This document shows, in pieces, positions 39,848 to 58,153 of a stretch of DNA of 64,000 bases (its first letter is position 1; each line of letters opens with the position of its first letter). Both the position numbers and the translations under genes were made by a program. The DNA is from Octopus bimaculoides (Eukaryota), in the NCBI RefSeq assembly GCF_001194135.2, contig NC_069000.1, forward strand, positions 7,804,040 through 7,868,039, in the 5' to 3' direction. The notes under the pieces were generated by a model. The model was given only the letters and a program-made list of their open reading frames with translations. It did not search any database and was not told where the DNA came from.

Positions 39848-41373
39848 TATACACACACACACATCACCTGCGAGATGACCAAAAAAATGTTATATAGTTA
39901 CCATTGGTTTTTTGCCTGACATAATATCAAACATGACATCATGCCACTCTTGTATATGAAGTCCGAGGAGGTAGGACGATGGAAATATACGGCGACACGT
40001 GGCACAAGTGTTCCGATGGAGGCTGTTGTAGTGACATTCATAACTGAAATAAGAACAACAATAATCTTAGTATAATGGGCATTATGTCCGTCTGTCTGTG
40101 CCCTCTTCACGGTCAACGGGCTCAAAATGCTTTTCGGGATTATGAAGGAGGTAACCAGGAAGGTTTTTAACGAAAACAATGTGAAAAAGTATGGTTATTT
40201 AGTGGATATTGAGGGTAATTGTTCAGTTTACGGGCTTAAAAAGAAAATTAAGAGGGGGAGATAACTAATAAAAGAAGCAAAGGGAAGTAAGTCAACTTCT
40301 TACTAAAATGGGCGCTATGTCCGTCCGTCCGTCTGTCTGTTCTCTTTTCACGGTCAAACGGCTGGACCAATGGTCACGACCACCTCCAGGCCATAGGAGA
40401 AACACAAAATGTAACCCTTTAGCAGTCAGATTATTCTGTCAAATATAATGCTTATTTTATTCATACTGCTCTGAATCAATCAAGCATTATCGTGTAGCTT
40501 CAAAATATTGTATATTTCTAGAATGACATTGTAGGTGTGAGGAGCTGGGTCTGGTCAGTTTGAAACTAAAACAGAATGCTTAGGCCTGGTGTCAGTTTAA
40601 ATGCAAAAGATTGAGGGTGTTAATTATAATTTACCTACCTTACTAAGTTATTGAAGGTCTTTTGACAGCCAGCCATACCACAGGGAAACTCAGGGACTCT
40701 GTAAATAAAATAAAATCAAGTGTACAAGCATAGATAGGATAACAATCAACACTCAAGAAATTATCTAGTAATTTAAAGTTGCAAGTTCAAATACTGTTAA
40801 AGTCAACACTTCCAGTTTTTGTTAATAAAAAAAAAAATTACTGTTCATTTGATGACATCGACACTAAGATTTTGGCATCAATTTACAGCGACTTGTGTTC
40901 GTGAGGGTGCCAAAGAGAGAATAATCAACCATAACTTCACCATCACAATCACAGCTACCACCATTGGTGATGGTGATGATGCTTATGGAGGTACCACCAA
41001 TTACCAAACAGTATAACCGTCACCATCACAACCATAACCACCAACATCAACTTCACTGCAACTACCATTACCATCACAACCTCCAATGGTACAACTATCA
41101 CCATCATAAGCAACCACAAACCACCAAAACCATTGACTATTATTGACTACAGTACGAGAGGCTGTGGTGACACTGGGTCTATGCAGACAGGGGACAAGAA
41201 AAATATTAGGAAAATAAATGAGATCCTTACTTGTTAATAAATTCTTCATCGGCCAAAGACATTTGCTTCAGCAAGAGGTTACAAAAAATGTCTCCATCTT
41301 CAAATAAACTATCGCCAGGAAGTAAATGGCGTTTCTTTGGGTTCCACTGACAAGAGAATGGTTTGTGCTGCAT
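38279..41373 (-). CDS. ZNF511: Zinc finger protein 511 (C2H2), 6 coding exons, 257 aa
   Basis: complement(join 41231-41373, 40639-40698, 39902-40043, 39642-39763, 38940-39071, 38279-38453). All introns GT-AG with matching phases (2,2,0,2,2); 774 nt including stop. Translation has ZNF511 hallmarks: DSLFEDGDIF, KVPEFPCGMAGCQKTF, YECHYNSLHRNTCATCRRIFPSSYLLGLHIQEWHD, FSCLLEACGQKFQTSQDRKEHMIKCHKYPANFRFDK, IPKNICFGKGSVRTF. Confidence 0.93.
40060..40380 (+). mobile_element. Two tandem partial DINE-1/HINE-like (Helentron non-autonomous) units in ZNF511 intron 2
   Basis: Both start CTTAnTAnAATGGGC, followed by (GTCY)n and TTCACGGTCAA(A)CGG; GGGAGATAACT motif between them. Confidence 0.45.
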
Positions 41374-41389
41374 TGCTACAATTGTCTAT

Positions 41390-41690
41390 TGTCTCGTCAA
41401 ATCTAAAAAGTTCGATTTCTGTACGGAGGAATAACAATAAAAAGGTAAATACTTCTTGTTTATCTTCTTCTTAAAAGTATTTATATGGTTTCTGTTCCAT
41501 TTTTTCAATGGCTTTTAAGATTGAGATGAAGATGAAAATTTGGATACCAACATCAACGAGAAAATAGTAAATTTCATAGCGGTTCATTTTTATAGTGTGA
41601 GCGTAAGTTCTAGTGCCACTGTACATGGCAGAGAAACATGATGGATATTCAAGCGTGCGGTTTGAATATCGTTGCTTTACATCAAACATT
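41390..41690 (-). promoter_or_regulatory. CpG-enriched spacer between GTF2H5 stop and ZNF511 start (possible ZNF511 promoter or spliced 5' UTR)
   Basis: About nine CpGs in roughly 300 bp; acceptor-like tttttattgttattcctccgtacag near 41420. Confidence 0.35.
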
Positions 41691-41860
41691 TTCTCATTAT
41701 GCAATACTCAACTTTCTTGTCTCTTTAAAAGTGTTTTCAACACCTTGTAAAAAGAAAACAATAAAATTGTTAATTGTGGGGGGAGGGGGTCAGTTTGTCA
41801 AGGGAAAAAAAAGGGAAGGAAAAATGGGTAAGGTAATTAGAGTTTCATTTTGTGTGATAA

Positions 41861-42073
41861 TTACTCGTTTAGTGGATATGTGAGTTTGTTCATTAGATCA
41901 TTGATTTGGGACTTTAAAGTTTCCAGAATGTCTGCAGAGATGAATAGGTGAGTGTCATCAAGGTCTTGAATTATGAACTTTTTACCCAGGGTATTTCTGT
42001 CATCAAGTTGAAGCAGGAACTGTTTCATAGCAGGGTCACATTCAGTAAGGACACCTTTTATCACATTAACCAT
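41861..42073 (-). CDS. GTF2H5: General transcription factor IIH subunit 5 (TFB5/p8/TTDA), 70 aa, CDS uninterrupted
   Basis: ORF MVNVIKGVLTECDPAMKQFLLQLDDRNTLGKKFIIQDLDDTHLFISADILETLKSQINDLMNKLTYPLNE is recognisably full-length TFB5 (MVNVxKGVLxECDPAMKQFLL...FIIQDxDDTHxF). Confidence 0.96.
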   Translation of the reverse strand: MVNVIKGVLTECDPAMKQFLLQLDDRNTLGKKFIIQDLDDTHLFISADILETLKSQINDLMNKLTYPLNE

Positions 42074-43329
42074 GGTGAACAGTGTTGTTATTTAGGGTAG
42101 GGGATGGGGTAGGGGGTATTTAGACACCAGATTCCTTAAGAATGGTAGAAAACATGTCAGTGAAAAAAACCCTTCAAAGTGATTTTGTAGGGGTCCAAGA
42201 AAATAGAAGACCTGTGAAGGAGAAAATAGGACATTTTTACAAAATAATAATCATTTTTAACAGAAATACAAGGATAGAAATTGAGTGGGGGGGGGGGGGG
42301 GTAGTCATTTATATCAACTAGTCACCAAGTACACTGGTATTTTATCAACTTTGAAAAGATGAAAGGTAAAACTGACCTTGATGTAATTTGAACTTAGAAC
42401 ATAAAGGCCTGTCACTAAATACCATTAAACATTTTGTCTGATGCTCTACTGATTCTACCAATCCATAACCTTATAATAATGGTTTCAAATCTTGGCACAA
42501 GGCCAGCAAGTTCAAGGGAGCAGGTAAGTCAGAGGAAATGGCCAATGTAAGAGAACCAATCAGACAATATGGAAGTCAATACTATTAGCTCTCAAAGCAC
42601 GAATTCTAGAATGTTGTTGGATAGATGTTCTTCTTTGTGTACCTTTGATCTTCGTTATCAACTGTTACCAATGTGGCTCTTCATGGTCATTTGTTTTAGA
42701 TGCTATCCTGCATAAACATTTCTCTACCTTATTAACTAATTTCTCCTGGTCCTTTCTATAAGAAACAACTGCAAATGTACAAAATCGAGTCTTTACTAGA
42801 GCAAGCTGAAACACATGAATGGCTTGACAAATTTACTTTTGTTTGAAAACCAAGTAATAGGTCACTACTGGTCCATTTGTGATTTGCAATGATGTCCAGA
42901 AACAGTTAAGCTAGTCAAGTCAGACTCACTACATACTAATCTTAAATATATTCTCAGCTCTCATTCTTCATTACACAATAATATTTCCCAAGTGGGACAG
43001 TAGTCTCGTAAGCAAGGCTAATCTAATGACTTCGAGACCTACCATGCCTGTCATCAATGAACTTTTGTTGTTCAAAGGAAATCGCATCACACAATCACTG
43101 GGGAGACATCATCAGTGAAATAGTTTGGTTGTTGTTGATTTTCAATTAAAGATTGGTGAAAAACGCGATAGTGTGTTCCTTAATTAATGTCTCCTGCAGT
43201 AAGTTATTTCTCTTAAGTAAACCAGAAGCTGAACTGTTTCATTAGTCGTTGAATAAAGTCTTTAGTGCACAAATCTGTCTTCGTTACTTATTGCTATTAG
43301 ACATGCAGGTCTATGCCGAGTTACCGTAG

Positions 43330-43750
43330 GTCTCGAGAGAGACAGTGGTCTGTGGAGACACACGCACGGGTCTATGGGGAGACGGATACTTGTCTACGGA
43401 GACTATAGTAAGGCAGACAATGGAGAGGTACGGGTTTATGGCGAAACAGTCTAAAGAGATATACGCATGTCTACAGTTAAGATACTGATCTACAGAGAGA
43501 CATACCTTGATCTATTAAATGACACATGGATGTCTGTGATTAAGACTCTCGTCTATGAAGACATATTGGTCTATGGAGAAACCTAGACATGTCTATAGTG
43601 AGATACAATAGTTTAAGGAGATATGCTGCTCTATTGAGAAACATTAGTCTCTGGTGAAATACACTAGTTTAAAGAAAGACATAGGTCTATAGAGAAACAC
43701 ACTGGACTATGGAGAGAGACACACACATTGGACTATGGAGAAACGATGGT
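43330..43750. repeat. Degenerate short tandem repeat (GTCTATGGAGA-type)
   Basis: Repeated CTATGGAGAnAC motifs. Confidence 0.7.
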
Positions 43751-44139
43751 GAAAGATGAAAGAAACAATGTTTTGGTGTGAGACACAGCAAAATCGCAAC
43801 ATCGTAGCATTTATGGGAATGTGGGCAACTAAGATTAAGAACAACAACAAAGAAAGATAAACAGCATGGAGAGAAGTGAAGAATGACTTGTAAAATTTGT
43901 TTTGTTTAAATAAACAAGGGGAAAAAAAGAAAGAAAATCTAATAATGTCCATCACCTTATCTGCTTCTTCCTGCCATAACGAGGCTATGTTGCAGCTTTT
44001 AGCTTTACACTGCTCTAGCAGCCGTCGTACACAGAAGCTTTATTTCTTTTCATTTACTGTTGATTTGAAATATGGGTAGATAAATGAAAAAGAAAGATGA
44101 AAAATAGGTGCTAAATAAGTTTAAATGAAGGAGACCAGC

Positions 44140-44260
44140 TTCTTTCTTCTTCGACGACGACGACAACAACATATAGTTCCTTAATGAAGGTAGTTGCGCG
44201 ATTACCTCCCTTCGCTACCGTCACGGAACGTGTTTGTCTTTATATCTACTAAAAATATTG
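44140..44260 (-). promoter_or_regulatory. CpG-enriched candidate promoter/first non-coding exon for GTF2H5 (donor GAG|gtaatc after 44206)
   Basis: Local CpG cluster in an otherwise CpG-depleted sequence. Matching strong acceptor cctattttctccttcacag at 42211, 138 nt upstream of the GTF2H5 ATG. Confidence 0.45.
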
Positions 44261-44430
44261 ATGAAAGATATAATTAAAGATTATATTTTTCTATAGGAAA
44301 AATAATAACTTCTTAAAATTGCATTATGAATTTATATTTTTCCAACATAAATAATAAATACGCAATTCGCTGTTCCACTATTTAATTATATATAATTATG
44401 TAGTAATATTTCGGCTCTGGCGGCACAGTT

Positions 44431-44503
44431 GCCTCCATAGCTCAGTGGTTAGAGCACTGGTCTTGTAAACCAGGGGTCGTGAGTTCGATCCTCACTGGGG
44501 GCT
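44431..44503 (+). tRNA. tRNA-Thr (anticodon TGT)
   Basis: GCCTCCA/TGGGGGC acceptor stem, A box TAGCTCAGTGG, anticodon arm CTGGT-CTTGTAA-ACCAG, B box GTTCGATCC, 73 nt, and a T-run Pol III terminator about 12 nt downstream. Confidence 0.96.
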
Positions 44504-45394
44504 GCTATGGTAGCTTTTTTATTTTATTTTTCACATATGATTTGTATATTTTAAAATTTAATTTTGTATTTTCCTTTATCCAAAATTACTACCACTTGAA
44601 TTCGTTGATTCCACGCGAAAAATCCGAGGATTTTTTTCTTTTTTTTTTTTAGGAAAAGCACTGGGGTGTACTTGTAAAAATTTACCGAAAATCGTGCGGG
44701 TGAAAGTATTAAAATTTACCAAAGTTAATCTTGGCAGGATTTGAACTCAAAACGTAGAGTCGTAATAAATACCGCAAAACATTTTCCCGACAATTTTGTA
44801 TCCTACATTCAATCCTAGATTACTCTTTCAACATTAATCAATTTCTTTTCTTCGTGATAAAGACAAAGATTAAGGGTTTGGTCTATAAACAATAACACAT
44901 GCTAACGTTATTCATAAACTATTATAATATATTTTAATATTGTTGTAACTTTTTTTACTTTCAACATTAAAAAGAAAAATTATATAATGCCGTAAAATTT
45001 ATTCAGAATATGTTCATAAACGAATAAAAATTTTGAGTGGGAAAACCAGAAAACTAGGCAGACGACATATAGTTGGATAGTTATTGTTTTTCTCTCACAG
45101 ACATGTCTTTATTCGAATTTATTTGGACTTATATTTCAGCCAGTTAAAATTTAAAAAAAATTTGTTTGTTTTTAACGAAACAGAATTGTATTAGATTTGC
45201 GTTGCAGGAATTATATAAAATTTACGAAACTTTGCTACGAATAACATAATACTTCATATGTTACATTTTATGTTTGCTTAATTGTTTTTGTTAACTTAAT
45301 AATTTATTTCATTTTTATTTATTTATACATTTAATTATTAATAATAAATAACAACCTATATTTTATTTAATTATTAATAATCGGTTATTTATTC

Positions 45395-45480
45395 ATTAAT
45401 AACTGAAACGTCGTAATCATTCGGCAGTTTCCGTGTTCCACGTAAGCAGGGAGAAACTCGGGAAGTCGATAAGAATGGCC
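45395..45480 (+). promoter_or_regulatory. CpG-enriched candidate promoter/first non-coding exon of the RING-H2 gene (donor CAC|gtaagc after 45441)
   Basis: CpG cluster with ETS-like TTCCG/GGAAGT motifs after a very AT-rich tract. Downstream acceptor ttttttgttgtag opens the exon at 46945. Confidence 0.45.
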
Positions 45481-46599
45481 CTAGTAGAACCTTGCAATAA
45501 ATCTTTTCTATTTTCTAATTCTCTCTTCGAAAACAGACTACTCAACATGGAAAAGTGGTTCTTTTATGGGGTCAGAAACCCCTTCTGCCATTCTACAAGG
45601 TCTACATAGTTTGTTTCGATTCGCGTTAACCTCTGTGACATTTGTTTACCAAATTCCAAACTTTCTCAGACATCTCTCAAACTGCTTGTTATGTAAGTAC
45701 CCCTGATTATGTCATAGTCTTATATAAACACCTTTCTTTTAAACCCCGCTTTAAAAGAAGTTATTTTCCCCTTTTCCCTTGTAAGATCTCAACGGGCACT
45801 CCTATAATATCTCTACAATCACTCCTTTAAATTGGTTGTTTCAACAATAACTAAATCTACTTTTAAACATCGTAAACATTCGGTCACAACTAAATTAAAA
45901 GTTATCACCGAATATTAAACTTGTTGAAAGTCAAAACAACAGCACATGTACTCTATTAGTCCCGATTCAGCTACCACCAACTCAAATAATCCATTATTCT
46001 ATAGTCATCGTCAACACAAGTTTACCCTTCATTACTCCCTATACAATCAATTTATTTTATTCTTTAACTGTGATTTACTTTGAAACACAAAGAAAACAGT
46101 AAAAACAGCCAGAACTAAAATCAGAGCACCACAGCCAATAAAACAAACATTTAAAAATTGGGTGAATATTGTTTGAGAACGAGAAGTTTTCTGAACTCGT
46201 GCCAGAAGTTTGGGTGGTACTTGAGTTTTTGGGATATTTGGGTGTTAACTGTGAGGTAGGAGTGGGATCTTTTATCAACGGAGCACATTGAGACCAGCAG
46301 GCTTCTTGTGTTTTGGCCAGAGACAGAGTTGAATCTGTTCATCATTAGTTTGTTGTTGTTTACTCCAGTTTAGATGTGATTGATCAAACCTATGGTCTCA
46401 AGCATTCCATCTTTGACCTTCCCATCTCTTTTCTAAGAGGGTAAGGTAGGATGTGAGGGAGACTTCACTGTTATTTCTAAAAAGTTGAGCAACTTTTAGA
46501 GGAGGACTCGTTTGTTATATATTCTGGAGATAACTGGATACATAATTGGATGTGATTAACAACAATATCTTTATGGCTATTGTGAATCCTTTCTCAAAC

Positions 46600-46885
46600 T
46601 TGATCTATCTCCCTAACAATCTTGGCTCTTTCTTTGTCCCACAACTGTCAATTGTCTTTTATCGTCTCCTTAGCAATATTGAGTCTCCCACTGTCCTACG
46701 ATTGTTTTCTGTCATCTCCCTTACAATCTTTGGTTTCTCACTTCCTCACAACTGTCCACTCTCATATCCCTGAGTCTTCCACTGTCCCACTACTGTCTTG
46801 TCACCCTAACAATCTTGGATCACACGATGCCCTAAAATTGCATTCTATCATCTAACAATCGTGAGTCTCCCACTACCCCTGTCCA
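46600..46885 (+). repeat. About 48-50-bp degenerate minisatellite array
   Basis: Unit GTCATCTCCCTAACAATCTTGG..TCCCACT. Confidence 0.8.
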
Positions 46886-47007
46886 CTGTCATCTCTGCTT
46901 CATTTTTGAAATTTAGATCAGATTTTATCTATTTTTTGTTGTAGAGCCACCTGAAGATTATATCTGGTCACCAGATAATATCTGGTGACAATATCCTGCT
47001 GTGTTAA

Positions 47008-53229
<6,222 letters not shown>

Positions 53230-54639
53230 TGTCACTGCCTTCAATTCTTATCATCATTGTCATTTCCCCCTTCTACTCTTGATCTCAACTCCCCCGGCCC
53301 TCTCAATATTCACCAGCTCCCACTTTTACTGATATTCATTGTTTTTAACATCAGAAACACAAAATACCTTTCACAAGTTGCTGTTACATCTTCGTTTTTT
53401 TTATATCTCTGTCTTGTACGTTGTTGTTATATCATAATTAAAATAACAATTAATTCACCACTGACTAACCTGCTTGCTTTTGTATTAATTACATCACACA
53501 ATTACCCAAGGTATGAGATATTGTATACCTACTCAGATATGTAGTACCACACAACAACCAAGGTAAGTGATACCACATATCTGTATATCTATCCAGGTAT
53601 ATGGTATATGACACCTACTCAGGTATGTGGTACCACATATCTTCATACTACCCAGGTAGCCACTTGCTTTTTAAATTTTCCCCCATATCTTACCAACTGC
53701 TTCAAGTAACAGCTCCATCTAGTGATTTGTGTATGATGGACTGTTTTGCAGCAGCCATCACATGACTGATGACACGGTGGGAGGAGAACTGAAAACTAAG
53801 GAAATCCAAATGTTGCATAACCATTCTTGGTGTAGTTCATTTCTCTCAGACAGGAAGGATTGAATCAGTACTGTAGTTTTGTTCCTTGAGTTATTGCCCC
53901 TAGTCAGGGGTTATCCAGAGCTGCTGTTCTGTAATATGGTGAGGTGTATCTAATGACAGCTAGGTAGACTGACCTTGCAAGAGTTATTGTTTAGTCCCAG
54001 GTCAGAAATAATCAAGCTGACTTATGATCAAAGCTGCTGCTTTTTTTTTTAATTAAAAAATTTTTTTTTTTTTTAGATTGTAGCATTTGCTTTAAGGGAG
54101 ACCTGACTCTTATTTCTAACAAGTCTAGTGACCACATACAGATTAGCTCATGGCAACTGTAGTTGTGTATCTTAGTCATAATTTCATCATGATATCGGCA
54201 GTAGTAGTTGTAATGTTGAAACAGAAGTGAATGAAGCCAGTAAGTTGTGAAGAGCAGAGACTGTTACAGTAGCAGTATAACAGATAAAGAGAGGAGACAA
54301 TGTGGTAATGTGATATCAGTTTGAAGATTGAAGTGGGGAGGTTATATAAGGATAATTTTCTTCTGAACACTAAGCTGGTACACCTACCTTAATCAGTATT
54401 ACTTCTGTTATGCAGTTAAACCCCAAAAGGGTTGGATGGGATTGGGGGTTAACTCAGAAATGGGAAGACTAAAACTACTTGATGTTGTTTTGCAGCATGA
54501 ATAAATGGCTGGAGATGGTGAGTCTTGACAAGGGAAACATTTCCTCTGATCACACTAATTAACTGTTGCTGTTAACCTAATTTAATTAACAGGGAAATAA
54601 TTTACTAATGAGTCATAGTTTTTCTTGCTTAGTTGTATA

Positions 54640-54965
54640 GTTGTTGAATATATGTAGTCTTATTGGACTTATATATGTGTGTGACCATGTTTACATATAC
54701 TTGTGTTGGATATACATATATACTTAGTCATGTTAGATGAATATAATTTTATTGGGCTTATATATGCATGTGTGTGTGTGTATTTATATAAGTGTGTGTG
54801 TGTTGGATATATACTTAGGCATATTGGAAATATAGTCACGTTGGATGTATGTAGTCTTATTGGGCTTATATATGCGTGTGTGTGTTGGATATATACTTAG
54901 TTATATTGGAAATATAGTCACGTTGGATGTATGTAGTCTTATTGGGCTTATGTGTGTGTGTATAT
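54640..54965. repeat. Tandem repeat with roughly 60-80-bp degenerate units
   Basis: Recurrent GTAGTCTTATTGGGCTTATATATG...GTTGGATATATACTTAG. Confidence 0.8.
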
Positions 54966-56283
54966 CAAACACCCTCTCATATTTGTTACCATGTCCACTC
55001 ACTATAGCCACTCTTATGTACTTTTACATCTCTCTCTCTCCCAACTACTTCTATACCTTGTCAGTATGGAAAATGGATGTTAAGTGATGATGATGATAAT
55101 GAATATAATCATGTGTGTAATATATGTAGTCATTGGATATCTGGTCATGTTTGTGGTAACATTCATAAAACTTGGAACATCAAAAAAAATCCAAGCCTCA
55201 TATAACACAAATTAATAACTAATATAGGGGCAGATAACTCTAGTCCTTTTTATATTTATTAGGGATTATCAGCAGTAACACTGACCGCATCTTATTTGGG
55301 ATTATCAGTAGAAATATAGTCAATTTGCTACCTTATTTGGGATTATAGTCACGTGATACATTATTCTGGATTGTCAGTAGAAATATAGTCAATTTGCTAC
55401 CTTTATGTCTTAATCAGAGGAGAAAGGAAGGATGCATCTGTATTCTTTATCAGAGTTTTGAGACTGATAGGTGAAGAAATAAGTACGATATGGTTTATAG
55501 TATTAAAAGACATAAAGAGTTATGGTCAGTCTGGAGTAGTCCAGTTTCATATGATTTCTACAGAATGGACTCTGGTAAATGCTATTCGATTGGGTTAAAG
55601 CAAGCATTCTATCAATATAATTGATAGTGTCACCATCTTTCTGTGTTTGTCCATTCCCTAAAAATAGATAATTCTGATATTAGAGTTTTTCTCTTTTGGT
55701 TACTATATACTGACTGAAGTGTTACCTGTCATGTGACAGGTACTGTTGAGAACATCATTTTGCCACTGTTGGAAATATCGTCTAATGTTACATCTGTAAT
55801 TAATTCATAGTTAAACAGTATTATTGTTGTTGGTAACGTATATTTATTGCCAGTATTCCTATAGAAGAAATTTAATGACATATAATTACAGTGAAACATG
55901 AAAGAACTAAAGTTATAATTACTATACCTTTATAACAATATCTGATACTATCCAATGAGGCAAAAATGTACTCTCAGCATTATCTGTCACATGATAAGTT
56001 TACCAAGAACTCTTAACTGCTGAATTGAATCTCAGTAATAACAATAATAATATTGGTTTCAAATTTTGGCACAAGGCCAGCAATTCTGGGGGAGTGGGGT
56101 AGGTTGATTACTGGTTCAACTGGTACTTATTTTATTGTCCCCAAAAGAAGGTGAAAGGCAAAGTCGACCTCGCCAGAACATAAAACATTGGAAGAAATTC
56201 CTCTAGGCATTCAGCCCTACTCCTTAACAGGTCTTTCCAACTTGTTACCCCAATAATAATAATAATAATAATGGGTTTATGTG

Positions 56284-56315
<32 letters not shown>

Positions 56316-56334
56316 GTCAATTCAAACATAAACA

Positions 56335-56530
56335 AGCAAGAAAAAACACAAAAAAAACAACAACGTGAGGACGTGGAATAAGTACAGTGTTATTGGACGC
56401 TCAGGAAAGGAAAGAAAAGAAAGAGGATTTCAGGTTTCGAGCGGAGCTCTTCATCAGAAATATAGGAAAAGTCCAAAGAAGAGAAGACAGAGAAAGAAAA
56501 TCACCAATAATGCACACGCGGTCACATATA
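56335..56530 (-). mobile_element. Penelope-like terminal relic carrying a hammerhead-like core (related relics at 6385-6535 and 32269-32405)
   Basis: CTGATGA-A-GAGC-TCC-GCTC-GAAAC on the minus strand. Confidence 0.55.
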
Positions 56531-58121
56531 TATATATATATTTATACATTTTTTATTAGCTTTTTTGATACCAACCTGGCTGAAACCGCCTCTGACTCTG
56601 TAGTACAGATGTCTTGTTTTCAAAAGTTCTGAATTAAAATCTTCCACCAAACCTTAGTCACAATTTATGTCCCTAACACTAGCTTAATGATAACTAAGTT
56701 ATTTTACTAAATTGTTTATTATGTTTAAAATTAATTGAAAGAAACACAGAGCATCTCAACAGGAATATGGTTACAATAGGGTTAAATCTGCCAAAAACAT
56801 TACAAAAAACTGCTACTCAGAGTTTGTGATATTTTTGTAGCTTTAATAAAAAAAAAAAGCATATTACTCTACCTCGGGTATTCGAATACTATTTTTTTCC
56901 CACTTTGTTTCGCATTTATGTGCTTACTTGTGTGCGTGTGTATCATTCTAAAAGTTAATAGTTACCTCATCAAAATCTCATAGCTACAAGATAATGCATG
57001 ATTATTTCGAGACAATGTAAATAAATAAGCATTACTTTTGATAGAATAATGTGAATGCTAAAGGGTTAAACATAGGGTGCGTGATATATGAAAAAAGGGA
57101 GAAATTTATTGACAGTGAACACAAATGTTTGTATTTCTTGGTACTAACAACAATGTTACCTCATGGTGAAATGTTGGAACTATTGGTTTTGAAAGCCATG
57201 TAAATAAGTGGAAACATTGTAACTATGTACATTTTAACAAATTTATTAGCTTTAATCTGTTTTAATAACTGATTTGTACATATTTCACATGTATTTTATT
57301 TCTGCTTCAGTATTGCTTTTTTGGTGTTTTTTTTAGGCAAAAAATTTTGTGTTTTTAGATATGTTCACTAAAACTAACATAACTTAAAATGACATATATG
57401 GAGCTATATACCTCTACATTTCATGTTCAAATCCTACCAAGGTATGATTAAGCTGTAGCACATTTTAGGTTAGCTCTGGTCAACCAGACCTGTGATCTTA
57501 AGAGCGACCATATTGTTGTTTCATATATCTAGGACTACATTGTACAATGTGTCCTTTATTAAAATGGCAAAGAAGTGTGATAGCTGCTGTAACTTGTGAG
57601 TCTAATAACTACATAAAGACCTCCTTGTTGAATTCCCCTACAATTCAGGGAAGGTAATTGAAAAAGAAAAAGTACTGTAGCAAATATCTTCCTTTGAAAA
57701 TCTTGTATATACAATTTCTCTTTGTGCCTTTTAGAAAGGCATGCTCATCACAACATCCTGTTTTTGGAGGTGTTTTTTTGTGTGAATCAAAAGTTTTGTG
57801 TCAAGTTTAGAAAAGATTGTAACTAACAGCAAAACGCTTTTGCTTTGAGATGCAACTCTGGGTGACCTTTGAGAAATGATTATCTGGTTGTGATTATACA
57901 TAATTGGTTTAGGTCCCTGAAAGAGAAGCCAGACCTACTTAGATTCACCCCTAGTTAATTCATGATCTTCAAATTAGATCAGTTGCTTGCCGCTGTCACT
58001 CCTAATCTCTCAGTCAATTTTTATTCTCTACACACTGTCAGCTTTAACAAACAACTTCATCTTGTTTACAATCACAACCCATTTTAAACCCTTCTCCATG
58101 CCAGAGCCGTGCCATTTTGTG

Positions 58122-58153
<32 letters not shown>

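Noticed and set aside
41471-41704. 77-aa ORF between GTF2H5 and ZNF511
   Set aside because: No recognisable motif; length compatible with chance. Only relevant as a possible uORF if the bicistron is real.
46075-46345. ORFs with faint GIY-YIG-like GQxTRSL motif
   Set aside because: Similarity too weak to support by eye.
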